Origin: Acidobacteriota bacterium
Lineage (GTDB): Bacteria > Acidobacteriota > UBA6911 > RPQK01 > JAJDTT01
Assembly (NCBI GenBank): GCA_965217775.1
Contig: CBDCJH010000002.1
Coordinates: 1,952,001 to 2,016,000, forward strand
DNA length: 64,000 bases
Direction of reading: 5' to 3'
Notes under the pieces: model-generated
The model's database searches: none
What the model was told of the DNA's origin: nothing
The model's input: only the letters and a program-made list of their open reading frames with translations
Shown here: piece after piece, positions 10,309 to 20,255 of the stretch
Layout of the letters: every line of letters starts with the position of its first letter
Numbering within the stretch: the stretch's first letter is position 1
Position numbers and translations under genes: made by a program

Positions 10309-11772
10309 ATGTCGAGCCTCTCACCCGGCCCGTTGCCGCCGTTTCAACCCGGCTTCTCCCGGCGGGAGATGCTGCGGCGCACCTCCACGGGATTCGGAAT
10401 GCTGGCCCTGTCGGCCCTCATGGCCGACCCGGCATACGCCGGCTTGGCCCCCTCTGCTCCCAAGGATCCGCTGGCGCCCAAACCGGGCCATTACAAGCCC
10501 CGGGTTCGCAACGTCATCTTCTGCTACCTGTCGGGAGGGCTTTCCCACGTCGACTCCTTCGATCCCAAACCCCGCTTGGACAAGGAAGCCGGCGAGCCGA
10601 TGCCGTTCAAGACCGAACGGACCATGTTCAACCTGGACGGGAACATCATGCCCAGTCCCTGGAAGTTCAAACGTTACGGGAGCAGCGGAATCCCCGTCAG
10701 TGACCTCTTTCCCCACATCGGCAGCGTGGCCGACGAGTTGACGGTGATCCGTTCCATGACCGCCAAGTTCATGGCCCACGCCCAGGCCAATTTTTACTTC
10801 CACTCCGGGACGCCCTTCGCCGGGTTCCCCAGCATGGGCGCCTGGATCAGCTACGGCCTGGGCAGTGAGAACCGGAACCTGCCCGGATTCGTGGTGCTGG
10901 GCAGCGGCGGAATCCCTCTCGGAGGCATCAACATCTTCGGGAACGGTTTCCTGTCGGCTGTCCACCAGGGTTCGTTCATCTTTCCCCAACGCCAGGATCC
11001 TCTCGGCAACATCCGTCCCCGCGAATCCGGCCCCCTCCAGCGGCGAAAGATCTCGTTCATCAACGACCTGGATCAGGAATTCCTGGCGGGTACCGCCGGA
11101 CACTCCCAAGTCGAAGCCGCCATCCGCAACTACGAGACCGCTTACCGGATGCAGAGTTCGGTGCCCGAACTGGTGGACCTGAGTGGAGAGACTCCTGCCA
11201 CACGCAGACTGTATGGCATCGATTCCGCGAATCCGGCCAAAGCAGCCTACGCCCGCCAGTGCCTGGTGGCCCGGCGGCTCGTGGAACGGGGAGTCCGTTT
11301 CGTGGAGCTCACCATGGTCCGGGGCGACGGCAAGGGGGGCATGAGCAACCCGTGGGACCAGCACGCCAAGCTGGTTCACGGGCACGGCTCCAACGCCCTG
11401 GCGGTGGACCAGCCGGTGGCGGCCCTGATCAAGGATCTCAAGGCCCGGGGTCTCCTGGACGAGACCTTGGTCATCTTCTCGGGCGAGTTCGGCCGGACGC
11501 CGTTCGTTCAGGGCAAGGACGGCCGGGACCACAACCCCTTCGGTTTCAGCCTCTGGCTGGCCGGCGGCGGCCTCAAGAAGGGATTCATCTACGGCGCCAC
11601 CGACGAATACGGCTACCGGGTCGTGGAGAACCGGCAGACCATCCACGATCTCCACGCCACCATCCTCCACCTCATGGGACTCGATCACCAGGCGCTCAGC
11701 TACCACTTCGGCGGAAGAGACTTCCGTCTCACCGACGTCCACGGGCACGTGATCCAGGGTATTCTGGCCTGA
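10309..11772 (+). CDS. DUF1501 protein with Tat-like signal, copy A
   Basis: GGAGG RBS; [54 protein letters not shown]. Confidence 0.93.
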   Translation: MSSLSPGPLPPFQPGFSRREMLRRTSTGFGMLALSALMADPAYAGLAPSAPKDPLAPKPGHYKPRVRNVIFCYLSGGLSHVDSFDPKPRLDKEAGEPMPFKTERTMFNLDGNIMPSPWKFKRYGSSGIPVSDLFPHIGSVADELTVIRSMTAKFMAHAQANFYFHSGTPFAGFPSMGAWISYGLGSENRNLPGFVVLGSGGIPLGGINIFGNGFLSAVHQGSFIFPQRQDPLGNIRPRESGPLQRRKISFINDLDQEFLAGTAGHSQVEAAIRNYETAYRMQSSVPELVDLSGETPATRRLYGIDSANPAKAAYARQCLVARRLVERGVRFVELTMVRGDGKGGMSNPWDQHAKLVHGHGSNALAVDQPVAALIKDLKARGLLDETLVIFSGEFGRTPFVQGKDGRDHNPFGFSLWLAGGGLKKGFIYGATDEYGYRVVENRQTIHDLHATILHLMGLDHQALSYHFGGRDFRLTDVHGHVIQGILA

Positions 11773-11777
11773 TACGA

Positions 11778-11804
11778 GTAGGAGGGGGGACATTCATGTC
11801 CTCC
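11778..11804 (+). repeat. REP-like palindrome family 1 (GTAG-GAGGGGGGACA-TTCA-TGTCC)
   Basis: Related copies at 18051, 18711 and 58253. Confidence 0.7.
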
Positions 11805-11819
11805 ATTTCGGCGCAGGTC

Positions 11820-14800
11820 ATGAAGAGTTTATCGTCAAGCTTGAGCGCAGGTTCCGCGTTCTTCGTCTGCCTGACCGCCGCTCTGGCTTCTCCTACTGAT
11901 CCCGCCTCCCTGGAATTCTTCGAAAAAGAGGTTCGCCCCCTGCTGGCCAACCAATGCTACGAATGCCACAGCGCCCAGACGGCGACGCCATTTGCCGGAT
12001 TGCGCGTGGACCGGCGCGAAGACCTGATCAAGGGAGGCGTCTCGGGACCAGCCGTGGTTCCGGGCAAACCGGAAGAAAGCCCCTTGATCCACCGCATCCA
12101 AGGCCGGCCCGCACTGATGCCGCCCACCGGTGCCCTGTCGGATGCCCAGGTCCTGTCGCTGATCGAATGGGTGAAGATGGGAGCCCCTTGGACCGATTCT
12201 GCGGAGGCCTCCCAGGCGCCGGCCGACGGTTTCGACCTGGAAGCTCGCAAACGCAGCCACTGGGCCTGGCAGCCGGTACGGTCCGTCCCGCCGCCTGTGG
12301 TGGCCGACACCAATTGGCCACTTCATCCTATGGACCGGTTCATTCTGGACCGGCTGGAGCAGGAGGGCTTGGAACCAGCGCGGGCGGCGGACCGGTACAC
12401 GCTGATCCGGCGCCTTTCCTACGATCTGCGAGGACTTCCACCCCTCCCGGGAGAGGTCCACGCTTTCGTCTCCGACTCCTCTCCACGAGCTTACGAAAAT
12501 CTGGTGGACGACTTCCTGGAATCGCCCCACTTCGGAGAACACTGGGCCCGCCACTGGATGGACGTGATCCGCTATGCCGAATCCCACGGCAGTCAGGGTG
12601 ACCCCAAGGCGCCTAACGCTTGGCGCTACCGCGACTACCTGATTCGAGCGCTGAACGCCGACGTCCCCTACGACCGGTTGATCCGGGAACACCTGGCGGG
12701 GGACCTGCTTCCCTCCCCCAGGATGAATCCGGCCCTGGGGATCAACGAGTCCCTCTTGGCCACGGCTCACTTCCGCATGGTGGAACACGGATACCAGCCG
12801 GTGGACCCGCTGGGAGATCGCATCAAGTGGACCGACAACCAGGTCGACGTCGTTTCCAAGGCGTTTCAGGGGCTCACCATCTCGTGCGCCCGCTGCCACG
12901 ATCACAAGTTTGACGCCATCAGCCAAGAGGACTACTACGCCCTGTACGGAGTGCTCTACGGAGCCCGGCCGACGCAGCGGGCCATCGACGACCCGGAGCG
13001 ACTCGATTGGGGCCGGGGTCAACTCTCGGAGTTGAAGGAGGAAATCCGCCGGAAGCTGGCTGGCATCTGGATCGGGGAGGCGTCATCCCTGGCCTCCAAT
13101 CTGCTGGAAACACCGCAGGAAACCTTCAGCAACCCGACTGACTCTCCTTGCAAGCCTGAAGAGTCAGCGGACGCTGCCACTGATCCGGCGGCCCCCGAGG
13201 CCGAAGTGGATCCGGTCGAATCGGGCGAGACCAAGGTTGCCGGGACCGAGGCACCGGCCGCCGTCCAAGCGCTGACTCGGGCGCTGGAGGAGGCGGGGTG
13301 CGAACCTGGCAGTCCCCTGGCAGCGTGGGTTCGCTTGGCCGGCAAGGAGGGTGCCGAGTTCCGCCAGGAATGGGTCGCCTTGAAGGAGGAATGGGACAAC
13401 AGGAACCGCACCGACAGGGCCTTTAACCGGGATCACTTTCAGATCCGCTGGGATCTGTCCGGCCCCGATTACGCGGAGTGGATCGGACACGGCACCGGAC
13501 TTCCTCCCGAACCGTCTCCGCCCGGCGAGTTCTCTGTGGCTGCCCAAGGGAAACGGATCATCAACGGCATCTATCCCGGGGGTGTCTACACCCATCTCCT
13601 GTCCGGCAAGCACAACGGCGTGATCCAGTCGCCCCGCTTTACCATCGACAGCAACTTCATCAGCCTCAGCGTCCTCGGATCCGACTTCAGCTTCGCCCAG
13701 TTGATCGTGGAGAACTACGCCGTCCCCCGAGGCGGCATCTACCACATGCGGCACAACCTCAAAACGGACCGGATGGAGTGGGTTCAATGGGACGTGGCCT
13801 ATTGGAAAGGATTCTCCGCCTATATCGAGTTGGCCACCCGGGACGACGTCACACTCACCAGATACGACTCCACCGAGACCAGAACCAAGGCGGAGAAGCT
13901 CACCGACGGCCGTTCCGCCATCGGCGCCAGCCGGATCCTGTTTCACGAGACCAAGGAGACACCCAGAGAAACGCGCCCGGCGCTTCTCTATCTGCTCCGG
14001 GGCCTGCCGCCCCGCTCAGCCGCCGATCTGGCCGAGCGATTGGGCCGACGCCTGGTGGAGGCCGTCGAAGCCTGGCGGGACGGCGGCGCATCCGAGCTCC
14101 AGGCCGCATATCTGGACGCTTTCGTCCGGTCCGAACTGCTGCCCCGGTCCCTGGACCGGCTCCCCGCCCTGGATTCCCTCGTGAGCCAATATCGGGAAGT
14201 CGAGTCCAAAGTGCCGGTTCCCCGGCGCGCACCTTCCATCCTGGACGAAGCGGCGCCGGATCATCCCTTCCTGGTCCGCGGGGACCAGGATGCGCATGGC
14301 GTACCGGTCCCCAGACGCTATCTTTCGGCCCTTGGGAGCCTCCCCTACCCCGATCGGGGACGGGTCCGCCTGGACTTGGCCCGGGACCTCACTTCGGCCG
14401 ACAACCCCCTCACCTCCCGGGTGATGGTCAACCGCATCTGGCGCTACCTGTTCGGATACGGCTTGGTGCGCACCCCGGACAACTTCGGAAAGCTGGGCGA
14501 CCCGCCCGCCCATCCGGAGCTTCTGGATCATCTGGCCGACCGGTTCGTGGAGGAGGGCTACTCCATCAAGAGCATGGTGCGCCGGCTGGCCACATCTCGG
14601 ACCTACCGCATGAACAGCCAGGGATCCGCGATGGCGCTCCGAGTGGACCCCGCCAACCGGCTCCACCAACATGCCAACCTGAGACGGCTGGAGGCCGAGG
14701 AGATCCGCGACGCCATGCTGCGAGTCTCCGGAAACCTGGACCCCGCGCTGTACGGAGCCTCCATTCCCGTCCAACACCAGATCGAGAAGGAAAAGAGCAC

Positions 14801-15245
14801 GGGACTCGGGCCGTCTGGCCTCCTGGACGGGGCCGGAAGACGCAGCATCTACCAGGCGATTCGGCGAAACTTCTACAACTCCTTCCTGGAGACCTTCGGG
14901 CAACCCAAACCCGCCAGCACCCGGGGGCAACGGGATCAGACCAACGACCCGGCCCAATCCCTGACCCTGCTCAATAGCCCCTTCGTCTGGAACCAGGCCG
15001 AGGCCTGGGGCAAGCATCTCGCGGCCGGTGAAGGCAACACCGTCCCGTCCCGGATCCGTCACATGTTCTTCAAGGCCCTGGGCCGGGAACCCTCCGCCCA
15101 GGAGGCGTCCCGCGCCGAGGCGTATCTCAACACGGTCATCGACCAGCGAAAGACCCGGGAGCATCTGGTCCTCACGGACCGCGACGTCTGGACCGATCTT
15201 GCCCACGTCATCTTCAACCTGAAGAGCTTCATCTATCTCCAGTAG
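11820..15245 (+). CDS. Planctomycete cytochrome c + DUF1549 + DUF1553 protein, copy B
   Basis: Colinear paralog of 5983-9408; start set by alignment (ATG 11796 is an alternative). Confidence 0.93.
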   Translation: MKSLSSSLSAGSAFFVCLTAALASPTDPASLEFFEKEVRPLLANQCYECHSAQTATPFAGLRVDRREDLIKGGVSGPAVVPGKPEESPLIHRIQGRPALMPPTGALSDAQVLSLIEWVKMGAPWTDSAEASQAPADGFDLEARKRSHWAWQPVRSVPPPVVADTNWPLHPMDRFILDRLEQEGLEPARAADRYTLIRRLSYDLRGLPPLPGEVHAFVSDSSPRAYENLVDDFLESPHFGEHWARHWMDVIRYAESHGSQGDPKAPNAWRYRDYLIRALNADVPYDRLIREHLAGDLLPSPRMNPALGINESLLATAHFRMVEHGYQPVDPLGDRIKWTDNQVDVVSKAFQGLTISCARCHDHKFDAISQEDYYALYGVLYGARPTQRAIDDPERLDWGRGQLSELKEEIRRKLAGIWIGEASSLASNLLETPQETFSNPTDSPCKPEESADAATDPAAPEAEVDPVESGETKVAGTEAPAAVQALTRALEEAGCEPGSPLAAWVRLAGKEGAEFRQEWVALKEEWDNRNRTDRAFNRDHFQIRWDLSGPDYAEWIGHGTGLPPEPSPPGEFSVAAQGKRIINGIYPGGVYTHLLSGKHNGVIQSPRFTIDSNFISLSVLGSDFSFAQLIVENYAVPRGGIYHMRHNLKTDRMEWVQWDVAYWKGFSAYIELATRDDVTLTRYDSTETRTKAEKLTDGRSAIGASRILFHETKETPRETRPALLYLLRGLPPRSAADLAERLGRRLVEAVEAWRDGGASELQAAYLDAFVRSELLPRSLDRLPALDSLVSQYREVESKVPVPRRAPSILDEAAPDHPFLVRGDQDAHGVPVPRRYLSALGSLPYPDRGRVRLDLARDLTSADNPLTSRVMVNRIWRYLFGYGLVRTPDNFGKLGDPPAHPELLDHLADRFVEEGYSIKSMVRRLATSRTYRMNSQGSAMALRVDPANRLHQHANLRRLEAEEIRDAMLRVSGNLDPALYGASIPVQHQIEKEKSTGLGPSGLLDGAGRRSIYQAIRRNFYNSFLETFGQPKPASTRGQRDQTNDPAQSLTLLNSPFVWNQAEAWGKHLAAGEGNTVPSRIRHMFFKALGREPSAQEASRAEAYLNTVIDQRKTREHLVLTDRDVWTDLAHVIFNLKSFIYLQ

Positions 15246-15279
15246 GGGCAACCTGGAATCGAGTCCGGCCATCCCGCTA

Positions 15280-16140
15280 ATGAAGAAGCGCAGAAATCAT
15301 ATAGTCCCTCGGTTTTATCTGGAGAGGTGGGCTCCAAAGGGATACGTTGGTCTATGGGTGAAAGAGGAGAAGAAAATCAAGCTGATTCCTCCGAAAAAAG
15401 TACTTCGAGAAAAAGGGAAACATGAAACTGTTGATGATCTTCTACAGGTAGTTGAAAGCCATATTGCACCTATAATTTCTAAAATAGTTGAAAACGAAGA
15501 GATTCCGAGAAATTATCAAGAGAGGGAAAATATTTTAGTTTGGATATTAATCCAAATTCAACGAACCCATCTTTGGGAAAAAAAGACACAATCCCTGTAT
15601 AGAGGGATCTTGGATATGATCCGCAGTGATTCCGTTATTCGTCGTTATAGAAGAGAGGATGGGATTGGGATTGATGAGGTCATGTCTTTCTACAAGAGGA
15701 AGTTTCCGCGCGACATATTTAACTTTAATCGAATGAGGCCTGAGCTCTACATAAAATATATGAAGGATTGTCGCATGGTTCTTGGCAGGTCAAAGATTTC
15801 GATGGTTACTAGCGATGATCCAGTACTTGATATGCCAGACAAAAGGAAGAATCTGTTGGAAACATGGTATCCAGTCTCGCCTCACTTGGCGATAATTTTA
15901 GAGAAAGGATCGATAAATTCAGTTCATGATTTCCCGTCTGTGATCGATGTGTCGGACAGGGTGGTCAAGGATCGGTCTATCGGGCATTATCTGAATTGCA
16001 ATCGTTTTTTGGTGATCGACCCGAACTCGATACCAAAATATTTCTCTAAGGACGGAGACTTTCGGTTTCGAATGCCAAAAAATCGTGTTATGAGAACAAC
16101 GATTGCAGACTGGGTTCGTAGGAGCTATGCACAATATTAA
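15280..16140 (+). CDS. DUF4238-domain protein
   Basis: N-terminal NHIVPRFYLERW, TSDDPV, YPVSPHLAI; markedly AT-rich. Confidence 0.8.
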   Translation: MKKRRNHIVPRFYLERWAPKGYVGLWVKEEKKIKLIPPKKVLREKGKHETVDDLLQVVESHIAPIISKIVENEEIPRNYQERENILVWILIQIQRTHLWEKKTQSLYRGILDMIRSDSVIRRYRREDGIGIDEVMSFYKRKFPRDIFNFNRMRPELYIKYMKDCRMVLGRSKISMVTSDDPVLDMPDKRKNLLETWYPVSPHLAIILEKGSINSVHDFPSVIDVSDRVVKDRSIGHYLNCNRFLVIDPNSIPKYFSKDGDFRFRMPKNRVMRTTIADWVRRSYAQY

Positions 16141-16538
16141 TTCTGAGAGAGTAGGAAGCAAAATGATGAATGTTTGCGTCGAAAGGTTTGTCGATACAGC
16201 CGTACGGATGATACCGATCATCCACGAAATCGAAGGTGATGATGCGTAGCCGCCACTACCAGATTGGTTTCAAACTAATACTGATACAAAGTTAGGGTCC
16301 GTTTCTGGATGGGTACTTACGTCTCACTCCTCGGAAAACAATAGGAAATTGGAGTAGCAATCAATAGTCTCTACTTTATATGCGTCCAAAGAGACCTTTT
16401 TCCTTCCGAACGCGGTGAGGAAAAACGAAGTCCCTTGGCCTCAGATGCCAATTGCCTCCGGTTGGAGACGCCCGCGGAGCCGGCGTCCCAATGCAGCCCT
16501 GGCTGACGCAAATATACTGGATATCGACGAGTGGACAA

Positions 16539-16555
16539 TTCCCCTGTAGACTGGA
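16539..16555 (+). promoter_or_regulatory. 17-bp motif before DUF1501 copy B
   Basis: Identical to 10287-10303, same 5-nt distance to ATG. Confidence 0.5.
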
Positions 16556-16560
16556 TCTCG

Positions 16561-18024
16561 ATGCGGCCTGTGCCACACTACACCGCGCTCCGATACCCAC
16601 CCGGATTCTCCCGGCGCGATATGCTGCGGCGGACATCCACCGGATTCGGGATGCTGGCCCTCTCGGCCCTCATGGCCGACCCCGCATACGCGGGCCTGGC
16701 ACCCTCCCCTCCCGAGAATCCCTTGGCCCCCAGGCGGGGGCATCACCAGCCTCGGGTCAAGAACGTCATTTTCTGCTATCTGTCGGGGGGCCTGTCCCAG
16801 ATAGATTCCTTCGATCCCAAGCCCCGGCTGGACAAGGAAGCGGGCGAACCCATGCCGTTCAAAACCGAACGGACCATGTTCAACCTGGACGGCAACATCT
16901 TTCCCAGTCCGTGGAAATTCAATCGCTATGGCAGCAGCGGAATCCCGGTCAGCGACCTGTTTCCCCACATCGGCAGCGTCGCCGACGAGTTGACGGTGAT
17001 CCGCTCCATGACCGCCAAGTTCATGTCCCACGCCCAGGCCAACTTCTATTTTCACTGCGGGACGCCCTTCGCCGGGTTTCCCAGCATGGGCGCCTGGATC
17101 AGCTACGGCCTGGGCAGCGAGAACCGGAACCTGCCCGGATTCGTGGTGTTGGGCAGCGGAGGGATCCCGCTGGGGGGCGTCACCATCTTCGGCAACGGAT
17201 TCCTGTCGGCCGTCCATCAAGGCTCGTTCATCTATCCCGAACGTAAAGAACCTCTCGGCAACATCCGTCCCCGGGAATCGGACCTCCGCCAGCGACAGAG
17301 GATGTCTGTGATCGACGACCTGGACCGGGAATTTCTGGCTGCTGCCGGCGGCCACTCGCAGGTTGAAGCCGCCATCCGGAACTACGAGACCGCCTACCGC
17401 ATGCAGAGCTCGGTGCCCGAGCTGGTGGACCTGAGTGGAGAGACCCTGGCCACCCGCAAGCTGTACGGTGTCGACTCCGCGGTTCCGGCCAAGGCGGCCT
17501 ATGCGCGCCAGTGCCTGGTGGCGCGAAGGCTGGTGGAACGCGGCGTGCGTTTCGTCGAGCTCACCACGGTCCGAGGCGGCGGCGAGGCCATAGATGCCAA
17601 TCCCTGGGACCAGCACACCAAGTTGATCGAAGGGCACAGCGCCAACGCCCTGGTGGTGGACCAGCCGGTGGCGGCTCTGATCAAGGACCTCAAGGCCCGG
17701 GGCCTCCTGGACGAGACCCTGGTCATCTTCTCGGGCGAGTTCGGACGGACACCTTTCGTCCAGGGCAAGGACGGCCGGGACCACAATCCCTTCGGCTTCA
17801 GCCTGTGGCTGGCCGGCGGCGGACTCAAGAAGGGATTCATCTACGGCGCCACCGACGAGTACGGTTACCGCGTGGTGGAGAACCGCCAGACCATCCACGA
17901 TCTCCACGCCACGATCCTCCACCTCCTGGGGCTCGACCACCAGGCGCTCAGCTACCGCTTCGGCGGGCGCGATTTCCGGCTCACCGACGTTCACGGAAGC
18001 GTGATCCAGGGGATTCTGTCCTGA
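16561..18024 (+). CDS. DUF1501 protein, copy B
   Basis: Close paralog of 10309-11772 with the same motifs. Confidence 0.93.
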   Translation: MRPVPHYTALRYPPGFSRRDMLRRTSTGFGMLALSALMADPAYAGLAPSPPENPLAPRRGHHQPRVKNVIFCYLSGGLSQIDSFDPKPRLDKEAGEPMPFKTERTMFNLDGNIFPSPWKFNRYGSSGIPVSDLFPHIGSVADELTVIRSMTAKFMSHAQANFYFHCGTPFAGFPSMGAWISYGLGSENRNLPGFVVLGSGGIPLGGVTIFGNGFLSAVHQGSFIYPERKEPLGNIRPRESDLRQRQRMSVIDDLDREFLAAAGGHSQVEAAIRNYETAYRMQSSVPELVDLSGETLATRKLYGVDSAVPAKAAYARQCLVARRLVERGVRFVELTTVRGGGEAIDANPWDQHTKLIEGHSANALVVDQPVAALIKDLKARGLLDETLVIFSGEFGRTPFVQGKDGRDHNPFGFSLWLAGGGLKKGFIYGATDEYGYRVVENRQTIHDLHATILHLLGLDHQALSYRFGGRDFRLTDVHGSVIQGILS

Positions 18025-18050
18025 CTCGAGAATGGGTAGGAGAGGGGACG

Positions 18051-18082
18051 GTAGGAGGGGGGACATTCTTGTCCCCCTCTTC
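18051..18082 (+). repeat. REP-like palindrome family 1
   Basis: GTAGGAGGGGGGACATTCTTGTCCCCCTCTTC hairpin. Confidence 0.75.
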
Positions 18083-18173
18083 AAAACGCACCCGGAATCG
18101 GGAACCGAGAGGCACCGCTCCCGCTCGATGGGACATACTCCACTTCTTGCATCGCAAATAGGCGGAGGCCGAA

Positions 18174-18668
18174 ATGACGTCTTCCGATACCGCTCAAAGC
18201 TTCCTGTCCCAGGCCCGCCACCATCTGAACGACGACTACCTGCCCAAGATTCGCCACTGTCTCGAAGTGCTGTCCGAGGAGGACATCTGGTGGCGGGCCC
18301 ACGAGAACACCAACAGCATCGGCAATCTGGTCCTGCACCTGTGTGGAAACGTGAGGCAGTGGATCGTCTCGGGCCTGGGCGGCGAGGAGGACCGGCGACG
18401 GCGGCCGGCCGAGTTCTCCCAGCGCCTCCCCCTTCCCAAGGACCAATTGCTGGAAATGCTGGAGACGACCGTCCAAGAGGCGACCCAGGTGCTGGAATCC
18501 TTGACCGAACAGGATCTGGCAACGACCCGAAGGATTCAGGTTTACGACGTTTCCGGGCTCCAGGCTGTCCTCCACGTCGTCGAGCACTTCGCCTATCACA
18601 CGGGACAGATCATCTACATCACTCGTCTGCGCAAGAACGTGGACTTGAGATTCTACGACCTTCCGTAG
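18174..18668 (+). CDS. DinB/DUF1572-family protein
   Basis: NSIGNLVLHLCGN, HFAYHTGQI; GGAGG RBS. Confidence 0.88.
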   Translation: MTSSDTAQSFLSQARHHLNDDYLPKIRHCLEVLSEEDIWWRAHENTNSIGNLVLHLCGNVRQWIVSGLGGEEDRRRRPAEFSQRLPLPKDQLLEMLETTVQEATQVLESLTEQDLATTRRIQVYDVSGLQAVLHVVEHFAYHTGQIIYITRLRKNVDLRFYDLP

Positions 18669-18710
18669 CCGTCACTTACGGCGCCCCGGCCGGACTCAGG
18701 CATACGATCA

Positions 18711-18734
18711 CAGGAGGGGACATTCTTGTCCCCC
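18711..18734 (+). repeat. REP-like palindrome family 1
   Basis: GGAGGGGACATTCTTGTCCCCC; second hairpin GGCGGTGGGAAACCGCC about 20 bp downstream. Confidence 0.7.
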
Positions 18735-18843
18735 AATCCCCATCCGGAGTTCGGCGGTGGGAAACCGCCGCTCCTGCCCCCTTTGATCCGCGGTCTGGCC
18801 TGAATATTCTCAAAGGCCTGGGCAGAAAAAGGGGGAGAGGACA

Positions 18844-20085
18844 ATGAAACGATCGTTTCTCGCGTTTCTGTTGACGAATACGCCTTGGTGGGTCGCCGGA
18901 GCGGACCGGGCGGATCAATTCGGGTCCTGGAGAGGACTCCAGATCGCTCCGGAAGAAAGATGCTCTGACTACGACCGGGGCGAATATCCCATCCCGCCGG
19001 GTCTGGAAGACGAGATCGTCGCCGAGATGGGACAGGTTCACGGGCCCTACACCGGGCGCTGCTTCGCAGACACTACGGACACCACCGTTGAGCACATCGT
19101 CGCTCTTTCGGAGGCCCACGACAGCGGTTTGTGTTCGGCGGACGCGGAGACGAAAAAAATATTTGCCGGGGATCTCCTCAACTTGACCCTGGCCAGTCAG
19201 CACCTGAACAGCGTCAAGGGGGATCGGGACGCAGCCGAGTGGTTGCCCGGCGAAAACCGGTGTTGGTTCGCCGACCGGGTGCTCCAGGTACGCCTCAAGT
19301 ACGACTTGACGATAGACCAGGCGGAAGCCGATGCCCTGGAACTCATTCTGGCCCGATGCGAGTCTACCGAGTTGAAGGTCCGCGACTGTTCGGAAGACCA
19401 GCCGGAACCCTGCCCCTCAGGTTCTTCCACTCTGATCTTCCCCCAATATGTCGACGGTGAATACGGAGGTTTCCAGAACCGGACACGCCTGATTCTGCTC
19501 AACTTGGCGGCCACGACCGACAATCCGGTGATCGTCCGGTATCTCGACGACATGGGTCAAGTCGTTGACAGTCAGACCCATACGGTTCCGGCCCGCGGGC
19601 TGATCGACCTGAGTACCAGCGGCGAGGGCCCGCTGAAGGTGGGACCTCTGACCGTCGAATCCGAGTTGGCGGAGGATTCCCTGCTACGAGGTTCCGTCGT
19701 CTACGAGCTGCTGGGACACCGGGTCTCGGTCCCGGCCGCGAAGCTGACCGACGAGGCTACGGTCTTCGTCAGCAAGTCGCCGGAAGAAAATACCGGTATC
19801 GCTCTCTTCAATCCCAACCCGGATGACCCTGTTGAACTGGAGCTCGTGCTACACAATCCGGATGGAAGCCCCGTCGCCCAGATTGATCTGACCCTGGAAC
19901 CCGGACAACATATGGCCCGCTACATGGACGAAACTCCCTTGTTCCAGGACACTCTGGGTTCCTGGTCCGAGTTCACCGGACATGCCGTCATCCGGAGCGT
20001 CGGTGATGGACCCTTTACGGTGATCAGTTTGTTGCAGGACACGACGACGGGAGCCGTCGCCGTCGTCAATCCAGGGATAAAATAA
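18844..20085 (+). CDS. Exported HNH/DUF1524-type nuclease fused to an Acidobacteria-type C-terminal domain
   Basis: Signal-like N-terminus; EHIVALSEAHDSG, NLTLAS..LNSVKGDRDAAEWLP; C-domain LIFPQYVDG...NTGIALFNP. Confidence 0.8.
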   Translation: MKRSFLAFLLTNTPWWVAGADRADQFGSWRGLQIAPEERCSDYDRGEYPIPPGLEDEIVAEMGQVHGPYTGRCFADTTDTTVEHIVALSEAHDSGLCSADAETKKIFAGDLLNLTLASQHLNSVKGDRDAAEWLPGENRCWFADRVLQVRLKYDLTIDQAEADALELILARCESTELKVRDCSEDQPEPCPSGSSTLIFPQYVDGEYGGFQNRTRLILLNLAATTDNPVIVRYLDDMGQVVDSQTHTVPARGLIDLSTSGEGPLKVGPLTVESELAEDSLLRGSVVYELLGHRVSVPAAKLTDEATVFVSKSPEENTGIALFNPNPDDPVELELVLHNPDGSPVAQIDLTLEPGQHMARYMDETPLFQDTLGSWSEFTGHAVIRSVGDGPFTVISLLQDTTTGAVAVVNPGIK

Positions 20086-20255
20086 CATATCTTTCTGGGA
20101 GAAGACAGGTTGGGGCATGGTAAACTGTTTGGCACGATTGGTTCCCGGACTAGTGGTTGAATTTTCGCCGGGTCGGTACGCAGTCGAGGGCTCGACTTAA
20201 GTGATTCATAACCGCCAGATCCGGAGTTGGAGGAGAGAGGAGCCGTACTAAGACG

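Noticed and set aside
11259-11795. N-terminal extension making PSD1-B 1328 aa
   Set aside because: Off-frame overlap with DUF1501-A; the paralog alignment places the start near 11820.
5983-18024. Diversity-generating retroelement explaining paralog variation
   Set aside because: No reverse transcriptase in the window, and differences are not adenine-specific.
16441-18522. Long antisense or alternative-frame ORFs (also 10321-11793, 23838-25388, 34665-36410, 39302-41245, 55384-57123)
   Set aside because: Shadow ORFs of GC-rich genes; low complexity, no motifs, fully overlapping well-supported CDSs.
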